Positions 9,291-18,068 of a stretch of DNA of 25,923 nt are shown piece by piece. The stretch lies in assembly GCA_948576075.1 (NCBI GenBank), contig CAPACI010000001.1, forward strand, positions 5,951-31,873, written 5' to 3'. This stretch comes from an uncultured Lachnospiraceae bacterium (lineage in GTDB: Bacteria > Bacillota > Clostridia > Lachnospirales > Lachnospiraceae). Each line of letters begins with the position of its first letter. The stretch's first letter is position 1. The translations under genes and the position numbers were made by a program. Under the pieces are notes generated by a model. The model was not told where the DNA came from. It saw only the letters and a list, made by a program, of their open reading frames with translations, and did no database searches.

Positions 9291-11732
9291 TTATTCCGCT
9301 TTGATTTCGCCTGTTCGAATGATAAATTTCACGCTTCCCGCCGTATCTTTTGCTTTTCCGCCAAACGATTCATAGGAGCCGCCTAAATCCAAAACATTCT
9401 GAATCCGTTCCGTAAATTCTTTAACGTCGCCCTGATAAGCGTTTACCAGCTTTTCAATTCCTTCTTCGTCAAACTTCACTATTCCGTCTTTTAGTTCAAC
9501 CGATCCATCTTTTAATTGACGGGTTCCGTCTGAGAACTGGCTTACGCCGTCTTTTAATTTTGAAACGCCATTATTTAATTCCGTATTTTTGGAAGCAAGC
9601 GTCTGGCTTCCATTGTATAGCTGGTCAATTCCCGACGTCAGTTTCGGCAATTTATCCGACATTCCGTTCACCGCTTCATCTAATGCCGACATTCCGGAAA
9701 CCAGACTATATCCTGACTCTTTATCCTTTTTTTCAATGTTTCCGGCAATCTGCTTTTTCGCAGACTGCGCGCCTTCGACTGCCGCCACCCCTGCCGCCGT
9801 TTTTGCGCCTTGCTTTACGCTGTCCGCTACAGATGTCCCAACCGTTTCTTTTGCCTGTTCCGCTACGCTTACTACCACTTTAGGCGCGGTCTGTTCCGCT
9901 ACGCTTCCCGCCGTCTGTTCCGCCACACTGCCTGCCACTTGCGCCGCCACACTGCCTGCCACTTGTTCCGCTACGCTGCCTGCCGCCTGTTCCGCCACGC
10001 TTCCCGCCACGTTTGACGCTACGCTTCTGGCTGTCTGATCCGCCACTGCGCCTGCCGCTGTCTGAACTGTCCCGATAAATGCCGAAAGCTGTGTTTCCGC
10101 CGCCTGTGCAACAGCCGCCGCAATCGACGCGTCCGCCATTGCCTGTTCTACGGTAATCCCGTTCGCCTGCGCCGCCTGAACAAAGCCTGCCGCCTGAAAC
10201 GCCGCCTTCAACTGCGCTTTCGTTTCCTCCGAAACCGCGCCTGCAACTGCGGCTGCTGCCTGATCCTTCGCCTGCGCCGCAATAACCGGCTTTTGTGTCT
10301 GTATTCCCGCCACTGCCTGATCCTTTGCCTGTTCCGCAATGACCGGCTTTTGCGACTGTATCCCCGCCACTGCCTGATCTTTCGCCTGCGCCGCCGCCGT
10401 CTGTTTTACAGAGTCGCTTGCAACGGATGCATAAAATGCCTGCGATGCCTGCGATTTGATATTATTGTAACTTTGCGGGTTCGCGTCATCTGCAAACTGC
10501 GTTTCCACTGCCTGCGCCGCCGCTGTTTTTGCCTGCGCCATGGCCGCCTCTTTTTCGCTGTTTCCCATTGGGGCGTTTAGGGCATTATCAAGCGTTTTCA
10601 TGCCATTGTTTAACGTATGGATGCTCGCCGTCAAATCAGCTACGCCGCTGACTAACAGGCCTGTTTCTCCTTTCAATGCGCTGATTCCGTTCGCTAACTG
10701 TCCGGCGCCGTCCGTATATGCCGCAACCCCGTTTTTCAAGGAATCAACCCCTCCCGCAAATTCACCCATTTTCTCATCTAATTCGCCAATCCCGTCAGAA
10801 AGTTTCTCTGAACCGTCTCTTAACTGTCCCGTGGCAGACGTTAAATCTTCCATTTTTTCGTCCATTTCCGTCAAATCAAACGTATAATCTCCGGCAAATT
10901 CCGAAGGCTGCGCCACAACCGTCATTGTCATATCTAAAGAAAAATCCTTTACGTCAGCATTTACTTCCACATAATCCGGAATGGATATGTCTTTTTCTAA
11001 ATCGCCATTCTTTAAGTTCAAGCTTTCCTTTAAGCCCGGCGCCGCCATGCCAACCACAATCATTGTATCCCCGTTTGATATGACTTTTCCATTTTTTACT
11101 TCCACATTTGTAAAATTATCTTTTAAAAGCATACCCGACACAGCCGCAAACGGAACATAGTAATCTCCGTCTTTCTCATGGTTTGTATAGTCAAAACGTA
11201 TTTTTACGTTTCCGCTTTTTCCCGCCAAATCTTTCGGGGAAATTTTTTTCCCGTCCAAATAATAGGATACATTGACGGTAACCGGAGCTTCTTTTGTCGT
11301 CACGCCCTGATAGTAAATATCGTTTCCATCTGCCTGCCATTCAAGGACGTTGCCTTTTTTCTCAAATGTCTCCCTGCCTTTTACGTTTTCTATGTCTTTT
11401 AATTCCGAAACGTCCGAAAGCGCATCTAATTTTTCCGGATTTTTCAGCCATTCGCTGACAATCGCCGATTCTGCGTTTCCATTTGCATCAGCAAGGATAT
11501 AGACGGTTTCTTCTTTCCCAATAGGCGTTTTTTCACTTTCCTCCTTTCGGGAAAGGAAATCTCCCAGTTCCATTTCCTTTGAAACGCTCTCTGTCTTAGC
11601 TTCCCCGCTTTTTGCGGCATAAACGCCGCATATGCCAGTGCCGCCTGTCAAAAGCGCCACCGTCAATACGCCTGCCGTCATGCGGATTACATATTTGTGT
11701 TTGAACCGTTCTTTTAATTTTTTAAACTTCAT
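9291..11732 (-). CDS. YhgE/Pip-like membrane-anchored protein with X-X-X-Leu-X-X-Gly heptad repeat domains and internal Ala/Gln-rich tandem repeats
   Basis: 813 aa. N-terminal transmembrane or signal segment (IRMTAGVLTVALLTGGTGICGVYA). Two blocks of L..G heptads: LRDGSEKLSDGIGELDEKMGEFAGGVDSLKNGVAAYTDGAGQLANGISALKGETGLL... and LDEAVNGMSDKLPKLTSGIDQLYNGSQTLASKNTELNNGVSKLKDGVSQFSDGTRQLKDGSVELKDG. This is the pattern of YhgE/Pip N-terminal-domain proteins. The central repeats are GSVAEQ.A x6 and AEQAKDQAVAGIQ.QKPVI x3. RBS AGGAGGAATTATT before the ATG. Confidence 0.65.
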   Translation of the reverse strand: MKFKKLKERFKHKYVIRMTAGVLTVALLTGGTGICGVYAAKSGEAKTESVSKEMELGDFLSRKEESEKTPIGKEETVYILADANGNAESAIVSEWLKNPEKLDALSDVSELKDIENVKGRETFEKKGNVLEWQADGNDIYYQGVTTKEAPVTVNVSYYLDGKKISPKDLAGKSGNVKIRFDYTNHEKDGDYYVPFAAVSGMLLKDNFTNVEVKNGKVISNGDTMIVVGMAAPGLKESLNLKNGDLEKDISIPDYVEVNADVKDFSLDMTMTVVAQPSEFAGDYTFDLTEMDEKMEDLTSATGQLRDGSEKLSDGIGELDEKMGEFAGGVDSLKNGVAAYTDGAGQLANGISALKGETGLLVSGVADLTASIHTLNNGMKTLDNALNAPMGNSEKEAAMAQAKTAAAQAVETQFADDANPQSYNNIKSQASQAFYASVASDSVKQTAAAQAKDQAVAGIQSQKPVIAEQAKDQAVAGIQTQKPVIAAQAKDQAAAAVAGAVSEETKAQLKAAFQAAGFVQAAQANGITVEQAMADASIAAAVAQAAETQLSAFIGTVQTAAGAVADQTARSVASNVAGSVAEQAAGSVAEQVAGSVAAQVAGSVAEQTAGSVAEQTAPKVVVSVAEQAKETVGTSVADSVKQGAKTAAGVAAVEGAQSAKKQIAGNIEKKDKESGYSLVSGMSALDEAVNGMSDKLPKLTSGIDQLYNGSQTLASKNTELNNGVSKLKDGVSQFSDGTRQLKDGSVELKDGIVKFDEEGIEKLVNAYQGDVKEFTERIQNVLDLGGSYESFGGKAKDTAGSVKFIIRTGEIKAE
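9855..10045. repeat. Roughly 30-nt in-frame tandem repeat, 5-6 copies (encodes GSVAEQxA)
   Basis: Unit of the form ctgttccgc(c/t)ac(a/g)ct(g/t)cc(t/c)gcc(a/g)c.. reiterated between about 9880 and 10015, inside the CDS 9291-11732. Confidence 0.8.
10248..10390. repeat. Roughly 57-60-nt in-frame tandem repeat, about 2.4 copies (encodes AEQAKDQAVAGIQxQKPVI)
   Basis: Unit gcctgatcc(t)ttcgcctg(c/t)(g/t)ccgcaat(a/g)accggcttttg(t/c)g(t/a)ctgtat(t/c)cccgccact at 10248-10304 and 10305-10361, then a partial third copy. Confidence 0.8.
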
Positions 11733-11743
11733 AATAATTCCTC

Positions 11744-13831
11744 CTAATTTTTATTCTTTATTTTAGGCAAAAAGCCGATGCTTGTTTTCACGATACATTT
11801 ATCTAACATCAAAAACATTGCCGGAAGCAGAAACGCTACGACGAGCAGGCTTATCACCGCGCCCCTCGCCAAAAGCATACAAAGCGAACTAATCATGTCT
11901 ATGCTTGAATAAAGCGCCACGCCAAATGTGGCGGCAAAGAAACTTAACGCGCTGACGGCGACAGATTGTAAAGAGCTGTTTAACGCCGTAATAACGGCTT
12001 CCCTTTTTCCCGCGCCGCGGCTGCGTTCCCGTTTATATTTATTCGTCATTAAAATCGCATAATCTACCGTTGCGCCAAGCTGAATTGTCCCGATTACAAT
12101 CGAAGCGATAAACGGAAGAACCGTGTTCGTAAAATACGGGATTCCCATATTGATAAAAATTGCAAACTCAATCACCAGCACCAGTATCACCGGAAGGGAC
12201 GCAGATTTTAGGACAATGGCTATAATCAGGAAAATCAGGACAATCGACGCCGCATTGACTATTTTAAAATCCCGATCAGTAATGGTAATTAAATCCTGCG
12301 TACATGGGGCTTCTCCAATTAACATAGCGGTTTCGTCATACTTTTTAATGACTTCCCGAATGGCATCGCACTGCGCGTTGACCTCGTCCGTCCCTGTTTT
12401 ATATTCAGACAAAACATAAATCATCTGGTATGTCCCATTGTTTAATTTCTCTTTTATCCTGTCTGGGACAAATTCGGCGGGCGTTAAGGGCCCTGTCAGC
12501 GCATCTAACCCCAATGCAAGTTTCACGCCGTCCACTTCTTTTAACTCTTTTTCCATTTGAAACGCTTCGCTTTTCGGCAATTCACTGTCCGCTAAAATAA
12601 CATGCGCCGCTCCCATGCCAAATTCATGTTCTAAAGCGTCCCCCGCTTCTACGCTTCCCAACTCTTTCGGCAGCGTCCCCACTAAATCATAGTACACTTC
12701 GTTGTGCCCCTGCGCATAATACATCGGCCCGATTCCCGCCAAAAACAGGACAATAAAAACCGGATAATGCTTTGCCACAAAACCGCCGATTCTCCCAAGG
12801 TCAGGCATCAGTGGCTTATGCTTTGTTTTTTCCAGCCATTTATCCATTGCAAGGATCATCGCCGGAAGAATTGTCACACAGCCTATCACCCCAAAGACTA
12901 CTCCCTTTGCCATCACAATGCCTAAATCCATGCCAAGGGTAAATGTCATAAAGCACATAGCTAAAAATCCCGCAATCGTCGTAATGGAACTTCCGACAAC
13001 AGAAGTGACCGTCTGGGAAATTGCATGCGCCATCGCGCGGTTTTTATCGTCCGGATAACGCTCTTGGTTTTCTTCATAACTGTGCCACAGGAAAATGGAA
13101 TAATCCATCGTCACTGCAAGCTGTAAGACTGCCGCAAGCGCCTGCGTAATAAAGGAAATTTCTCCGGCAATCCGGTTCGTGCCAAGGTTATAGACAATCG
13201 CCATTCCAATGCTGAGCAGGAAAATAGCGGGAATCAAATAAGAGTCCATCGTCAGCGCCAACGCCAGCGCCGACAATAACGCGGCAATCACCACATACAT
13301 AACCGCCTCACTGTTGCAGATTTTTTTTATGTCCGTGACAACTGCCGACATTCCACTTAACAGACACTTTTTGCCTGTTAATTCTCTAATTTCTTCAATC
13401 GCATCAAGCGTTTCGTCCGAAGACATTGACGTGTCGAATGTAAGAATTAAAAGGGAACTTTTTGTATCTGCGTTTTTTAACGTCTCCGCAAGTTCATCCG
13501 GAAGAATATCCATCGGCACAGATAAATCCGCTATACTTCCATACCAAATCACATCTTTGACATGGCCCACTTCTTTTAATTCGCCCTCGAGCGTTTGTAT
13601 GTCTTTGTCCTCCAATCCCTTCACAACGCAGACGGAAAACGCGCCCGTGCCAAACTCCTCAAGCAAAATCTCCTGTCCCTCCATCGTTTCAATGTCTTTC
13701 GGAAGATAAGAAAGTATATCATAATTGATTCTCGTGCTTAAATATCCAATCACGGCGGGAATCAGAAGCAGAAAACTTGCGGTTAAAATCAATTTTCGCA
13801 GTTGAACCACTTTTTTTCCAAATTTTATCAT
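11744..13831 (-). CDS. MMPL family (RND-superfamily) membrane transporter
   Basis: 695 aa. Two clusters of about six TM helices, each after a soluble loop. Characteristic MMPL segments: LSGMSAVVTDIKKI..., FLAMCFMTFTLGMDLGIVMAKGVVFGVIG..., AILMTNKYKRERSRG. Strong RBS GGAGAGGGACG before the ATG. An 11-nt gap separates it from the downstream YhgE-like gene. Confidence 0.85.
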   Translation of the reverse strand: MIKFGKKVVQLRKLILTASFLLLIPAVIGYLSTRINYDILSYLPKDIETMEGQEILLEEFGTGAFSVCVVKGLEDKDIQTLEGELKEVGHVKDVIWYGSIADLSVPMDILPDELAETLKNADTKSSLLILTFDTSMSSDETLDAIEEIRELTGKKCLLSGMSAVVTDIKKICNSEAVMYVVIAALLSALALALTMDSYLIPAIFLLSIGMAIVYNLGTNRIAGEISFITQALAAVLQLAVTMDYSIFLWHSYEENQERYPDDKNRAMAHAISQTVTSVVGSSITTIAGFLAMCFMTFTLGMDLGIVMAKGVVFGVIGCVTILPAMILAMDKWLEKTKHKPLMPDLGRIGGFVAKHYPVFIVLFLAGIGPMYYAQGHNEVYYDLVGTLPKELGSVEAGDALEHEFGMGAAHVILADSELPKSEAFQMEKELKEVDGVKLALGLDALTGPLTPAEFVPDRIKEKLNNGTYQMIYVLSEYKTGTDEVNAQCDAIREVIKKYDETAMLIGEAPCTQDLITITDRDFKIVNAASIVLIFLIIAIVLKSASLPVILVLVIEFAIFINMGIPYFTNTVLPFIASIVIGTIQLGATVDYAILMTNKYKRERSRGAGKREAVITALNSSLQSVAVSALSFFAATFGVALYSSIDMISSLCMLLARGAVISLLVVAFLLPAMFLMLDKCIVKTSIGFLPKIKNKN

Positions 13832-13876
13832 CGTCCCTCTCCTCTCTATGTGTCAGATCTGTTTTATCGTTAGTAT

Positions 13877-13910
13877 AAAAAAAAAGACTGAACCTGAACA
13901 GATTCAATCT
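13877..13910 (-). terminator. Rho-independent terminator between the TetR gene and the MMPL gene
   Basis: Read on the minus strand: AGATTGAA, a 10-nt loop, TTCAGTCT (8-bp stem with one G-U), then nine T. A possible -10 TATACT begins on the last T of the run, pointing to the MMPL ATG 45 nt downstream. Confidence 0.6.
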
Positions 13911-13994
13911 TTTCGTTTTGTTTTCCTTTTTATACAGATAAAGTGATTTGTCGTTTTTTTCAGAACACCGCATTTACATTGTATGGAGTTTAAA

Positions 13995-14555
13995 CTACCC
14001 TAATAATACTTCCTCAATGGAATGTTTCATTATGTAGTCATAAATTTCAGCCAGTTCCTTCGCCGAAACCGCAAGCCCGCTTTTAATCCAGACAAGCGCC
14101 ACAGAACAGATTGACTGCGCATAATATTCCGCAATCCGCTCCGGCGTAAGCCACTGGAATTTCATGATTTTATCCTTCGGATTTTTCTCAATAATTTCCA
14201 GCAAAATCCCCTTCACACAGCTTCTGGCAATGAGTTCGAATGAATTTTGCCCTTCTAACTTTGCCGCTTTTATATAGAACTTTTTCTCCTTTTCTATATT
14301 CATAAATAACAGCAAAAGCGCCTCGTCCATCATCTGGTTCTCAATTAATGGACGGATTGGCTCTAGCAGATCCGTCCATATAATCCACTCCAAAAGCTCA
14401 TATTTATCCTGAAAATGATTGTAAAACGTCGGGCGTATTACGCCCGCTTTGTCCGTGATTTCTTTTACCGTGATTTTTTCAATCGGATTATTTAACGCAA
14501 GTTCTTTCAAACTTTCCGCAAGCAGAGTATCCGTTTCATTTCTGAACGCCGCCAT
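13995..14555 (-). CDS. TetR/AcrR family transcriptional regulator
   Basis: 186 aa. N-terminal HTH ITVKEITDKAGVIRPTFYNHFQDKYELL. RBS GGGAGGATCT before the ATG. Its start is 9 nt after the MATE stop. Confidence 0.85.
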   Translation of the reverse strand: MAAFRNETDTLLAESLKELALNNPIEKITVKEITDKAGVIRPTFYNHFQDKYELLEWIIWTDLLEPIRPLIENQMMDEALLLLFMNIEKEKKFYIKAAKLEGQNSFELIARSCVKGILLEIIEKNPKDKIMKFQWLTPERIAEYYAQSICSVALVWIKSGLAVSAKELAEIYDYIMKHSIEEVLLG

Positions 14556-14564
14556 AGATCCTCC

Positions 14565-15929
14565 CTACTTTCTCGCCGCTATCATAGACTCCAAATTTTT
14601 ATTCACCTTCTTCAAATAAACGCATGTGACCGCCAAAGCCGCAAGCTCCGCGAGCGGGAACGAAAGCCAGACCGCCTCTAATATTCCCGTCAGGGAAAGC
14701 AGATATGCCGCCGGAAGCAAAATCACAAGCTGGCGTATAACCGACAATACCAGACTGTATACGCTTTTCCCCAATCCCTGAAACACCCCGCTCGCCACAA
14801 TGGAAACGCCGGCAAAGAGATAGCATGCGCTTAAAATCCGAAGCGCCGGAACGCCGATTTCAATCATCTGGCCCGATGCATTAAAAAGCATTAAAAGCTG
14901 TTTCGGCATTACTTCCGCCGTCAAAAACCCTGCAATCATCAACACAACCGCCGCTATCATGCTGCTTTTCATCACCTTCATAATCCTGTCTTTATATCCG
15001 GCTCCGTAATTATACGCCACAATCGGGATTAACCCGTTATTTAACCCAAACACAGGCATAAAGATAAAACTCTGCAATTTAAAGAATACGCCGAACACAG
15101 CCGCCGCCGTTGAAGTAAACCCAAGCAATATCTTGTTCATAAAAAATGTCATAACGGAACCAATCGACTGCATTAAAATCGCCGGAACCGCAACTTCATA
15201 AATCTGCAACAGCGTCTGTTTGTCCGGACGGATTTTTGAAAGCGTAAGATGGATTTCCGTATTTTTTTTCTGGTTGTAATAAAAACCAAATACCATCGCC
15301 ACGATCTGCCCGAACACAGTCGCCGCCGCCGCGCCTGCAATTCCCATTTTCGGGAAGCCAAACAGCCCAAAAATCAATATCGGGTCAAAAATCAGGTTAA
15401 TCACTGCGCCCGTCGTCTGCGTAATCATCGTGCAGACCGTCCGCCCCGTCGCCTGTAAAAGACGTTCAAAACAAAACTGCCCATACAATCCAAAACTTGC
15501 CGCCGTACAAATCAAAAGATACGTCTTTCCATACGCTATAATTTCCGGTATATCTGTCTGTAGTTCAAAATACAGACCGGAAAAGCATACGCCGATCAGC
15601 AAAAACAGCAGATAATTTGCCCCCGCCAGTATAACGGAATTGCCTGCCGCTTTGTCCACTTCCTCAAACCGCTTTTCGCCCAGCCGTTTCGAAAGGAGCG
15701 CGTTTACCCCGACTCCCGTCCCCGCCGCGACCGCTATCATAAAATTTTGAAGTGGGAACGCCAGAGAAACTGCCGTCAGCGCATATTCATCAATCTGCGC
15801 GACAAATATACTGTCCACAATATTATACAATGCCTGAACCAGCATGGATATTACCATCGGCAGCGAAATATTAACTAACAGTTTATTAACCGGCATCGTC
15901 CCCATCTTGTTCTCTGTCTGCGCTTCCAT
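14565..15929 (-). CDS. MATE family efflux transporter
   Basis: 454 aa. MATE N-terminal signature MPVNKLLVNISLPMVISMLVQALYNIVDSIFVAQI. Twelve predicted TM helices. Its ATG is 5 nt after the stop of the upstream DUF308 gene. Confidence 0.85.
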   Translation of the reverse strand: MEAQTENKMGTMPVNKLLVNISLPMVISMLVQALYNIVDSIFVAQIDEYALTAVSLAFPLQNFMIAVAAGTGVGVNALLSKRLGEKRFEEVDKAAGNSVILAGANYLLFLLIGVCFSGLYFELQTDIPEIIAYGKTYLLICTAASFGLYGQFCFERLLQATGRTVCTMITQTTGAVINLIFDPILIFGLFGFPKMGIAGAAAATVFGQIVAMVFGFYYNQKKNTEIHLTLSKIRPDKQTLLQIYEVAVPAILMQSIGSVMTFFMNKILLGFTSTAAAVFGVFFKLQSFIFMPVFGLNNGLIPIVAYNYGAGYKDRIMKVMKSSMIAAVVLMIAGFLTAEVMPKQLLMLFNASGQMIEIGVPALRILSACYLFAGVSIVASGVFQGLGKSVYSLVLSVIRQLVILLPAAYLLSLTGILEAVWLSFPLAELAALAVTCVYLKKVNKNLESMIAARK

Positions 15930-15934
15930 TTCTT

Positions 15935-16576
15935 CTACATCTCACTTTCTTCCGTAACATCAAGTTCAACAGCTTCCGCCACTATTTCCGCATCTGCATC
16001 CACTGCCTGAAACCCTTCCATCTTACTCCGCATCTCTTTTGCTGTTTTCGTCACTTGGAAAATAATCCAAAGATCCGTAATCCCGTCATAAATTAGCGCC
16101 ACGCCCACAAACGCCAGCGCTACGGAAATTACGCCAAAGCAATCAAAGATGCAGGCGATCCCAAGCCCCATTCCAAATACTGCCATAAGCAGGATCACCC
16201 AGTAAAATTCATAACCGCCGCGCCTTGTTTCAAGCGCATACTTAAAATCTTCAAACCCATGCACAAACAGCACAACGCCAATCCCAATTAAAAGCATACT
16301 CTGGATGCTGTACGGCTTTAAATAGATCCATATGCCCACAAACAAAAGAACAAGCCCAAGCGGCAGGTTAATCCCATGTCTTTCCTGCTTATTCATAATA
16401 TAGCTAATGATTCGGATTAAGCCCAAAACGGCAATCACTGCCGCAATCGCCTTACACGCAATCGTCGTCACTTCTGTCGGCCATATCATCAACACTGTTC
16501 CAAATACAATACAGCACAGCGCGCTGATAATGACGTCCAGCTTTATCCTTTGAAATAATTCTTTCATTCTATCCAA
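15935..16576 (-). CDS. Small six-TM membrane protein, DUF308/HdeD-like, with an acidic C-terminal tail
   Basis: 213 aa. Six hydrophobic helices with repeated G...I..G motifs. Acidic tail VDADAEIVAEAVELDVTEESEM. Only loosely recognisable, so the family assignment is tentative. Confidence 0.4.
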   Translation of the reverse strand: MDRMKELFQRIKLDVIISALCCIVFGTVLMIWPTEVTTIACKAIAAVIAVLGLIRIISYIMNKQERHGINLPLGLVLLFVGIWIYLKPYSIQSMLLIGIGVVLFVHGFEDFKYALETRRGGYEFYWVILLMAVFGMGLGIACIFDCFGVISVALAFVGVALIYDGITDLWIIFQVTKTAKEMRSKMEGFQAVDADAEIVAEAVELDVTEESEM

Positions 16577-16585
16577 TGCCTCCTT

Positions 16586-17929
16586 TTACGCTTTTTCTTT
16601 TACCACAATAGAAGGAAGCGCAATTTCACTGTACTGCGTTGAAATAATCTTCCCTCGTGACGCCCGTGAATAAATTCCCTGAAACCTGCCGCCATAAACA
16701 AATAATCCAGTCAGGTTTGACACTTCAATAAAGTCCGCATCCTCCCCTTTTGAAAAATCTATATTTTTCGTCTGGTACGGGACGCAAAATCCCTGAACCA
16801 AAAACCCTTCTTTCCTGTGGGCGTCAACCATTTTTTTCCACTCCTCCACAGAAGAAAACTCCACGCCAGCAAACACGCCCTTAGAACCATAAGAATCTAA
16901 GGGTTTTATAATATAACGGTCTTTTTCGGCTATCATCTTATCATATGGAAGATAATCCGCCGTCATTAACGCCGTGTACGGCACATGCGCCTTGACATAC
17001 GCGCGTTCTGCATCCGTTAGAAACTCTTGCGTCATTGGGTGATGCAAGATCTGGTACAAAACTTTATTATGCGCAATCTGCGTCGTAAAATCCCCGATCA
17101 GGCAAACGGCGTCCGCTTTCACTGCCGCAATAAAATCCGTCACTTCACTGTAATGCTCCATAATATCACTTGTCACGGCGCGGCGGTAAATTAAGTCAAT
17201 CGGTTTTCCCTCTTTCCCATAAAGCCTTTCGCCGTCAAATTTCATATCCCGTATTTCACAGATTTCACAATCTATGCCATGCGTTCTGTAACTTTCGGCA
17301 AAAATTTCAAACTCATTATTCGTCGCGCTCTCCATAAAATCTACGATTGCAACATTCGGCTTTTTCACCGCCCCTTTGATTGTCTGATAAATCCGAAGCG
17401 ACGTTTCCACCCATGTGTCAAATAATTCAAATGTCTGGATTTCATATTGTTTGGCAAGCTCTTGATAGCCTTCCGTCAATTTCAACGCATGGTTTAATTC
17501 ACGGTCTTCGTTCATGGCGCTTGAGCCGTCCGTATTAAACTCGCAAAATTTAAAGTCTTTTGTTTCTTCATTATAAAATAGATCAATCCGCGCAATCGGG
17601 ATATTGCCAGAATAACGTTTTTCACGCAGGATTAATTCCTCTAACTCTTTCGAAAAGCCAAACAAAGAGCGGTATGTTTGGTTTTCCCTGTATTGCGCAG
17701 TCACTTTATCAAAAATTCCATACAAAACGTCAATTAACTCTGTAAAACACTCAATATCCGCTTCCGTAAACATCTTCGGAATATACAATGTGCTAACGCA
17801 TCTTCCATGGTATTTCGCTGAGGAATGATTCATATAATCAATTTCTTTTAATGCGCTTTTCGCATGGATTCCTTTATCTTTTGCAACGCTTTCACAATAG
17901 GCTTGATTTAATTCACAAAGCTTTAGCAT
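16586..17929 (-). CDS. Glutathionylspermidine-synthase-family (YgiC/YjfC-like) ATP-grasp amide ligase
   Basis: The pre-ATP-grasp motif ARIDLFYNEETKDFKFCEFNTDGSSA matches R.D....g..K.LE.NaDTPts of the GspS family. Later motifs are YIIKPLDSYGSKGVFAG and GLFVYGGRFQGIYSRAS. I prefer the start MLKLCELNQ at the complement of 17927-17929, which follows AAAGGAAGAAAAACC. The track start at 17947 lacks an RBS. Confidence 0.6.
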   Translation of the reverse strand: MLKLCELNQAYCESVAKDKGIHAKSALKEIDYMNHSSAKYHGRCVSTLYIPKMFTEADIECFTELIDVLYGIFDKVTAQYRENQTYRSLFGFSKELEELILREKRYSGNIPIARIDLFYNEETKDFKFCEFNTDGSSAMNEDRELNHALKLTEGYQELAKQYEIQTFELFDTWVETSLRIYQTIKGAVKKPNVAIVDFMESATNNEFEIFAESYRTHGIDCEICEIRDMKFDGERLYGKEGKPIDLIYRRAVTSDIMEHYSEVTDFIAAVKADAVCLIGDFTTQIAHNKVLYQILHHPMTQEFLTDAERAYVKAHVPYTALMTADYLPYDKMIAEKDRYIIKPLDSYGSKGVFAGVEFSSVEEWKKMVDAHRKEGFLVQGFCVPYQTKNIDFSKGEDADFIEVSNLTGLFVYGGRFQGIYSRASRGKIISTQYSEIALPSIVVKEKA

Positions 17930-17960
17930 GGTTTTTCTTCCTTTCATTATAGTAAAATGT

Positions 17961-17996
17961 ATTATAACACACTTATTTTAAAAAGCAATCTGATAA
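17961..17996 (-). promoter_or_regulatory. Candidate promoter for the ATP-grasp/DUF308/MATE/TetR operon
   Basis: Read on the minus strand: extended -10 TGTTATAAT (complement of about 17959-17967) with a weak -35 TTGCTT 17 nt upstream. It lies immediately 3' of the hairpin at 18011-18068. Confidence 0.4.
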
Positions 17997-18010
17997 AAAA
18001 AGAAAATTGG

Positions 18011-18068
18011 AAAAACCCATATTTCTATGGCAATACGCCACGATAGGCTCTGCCTGAAATATGGGTTT
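18011..18068 (-). terminator. Long hairpin (13-bp perfect stem, 30-nt loop) followed by a T-rich tract; probable terminator of the giant surface-protein gene
   Basis: aaacccatatttc (18013-18025) pairs with gaaatatgggttt (18056-18068). On the minus strand this is followed by TTCCAATTTTCTTTTTTTATCAG. Confidence 0.45.

Noticed and set aside
9560-11083. Cluster of plus-strand ORFs (107-149 aa) rich in Ala/Cys/Thr/Leu/Pro
   Set aside because: They are antisense to the repeat-rich YhgE/Pip-like gene. Their periodic compositions mirror the sense-strand tandem repeats. None has a plausible RBS or start context.
13719-13973. 84-aa minus-strand ORF across the TetR/MMPL intergenic spacer
   Set aside because: It spans a terminator hairpin and poly-T tract and overlaps the MMPL start. 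The Lys/Arg-rich low-complexity translation is typical of AT-rich non-coding DNA.
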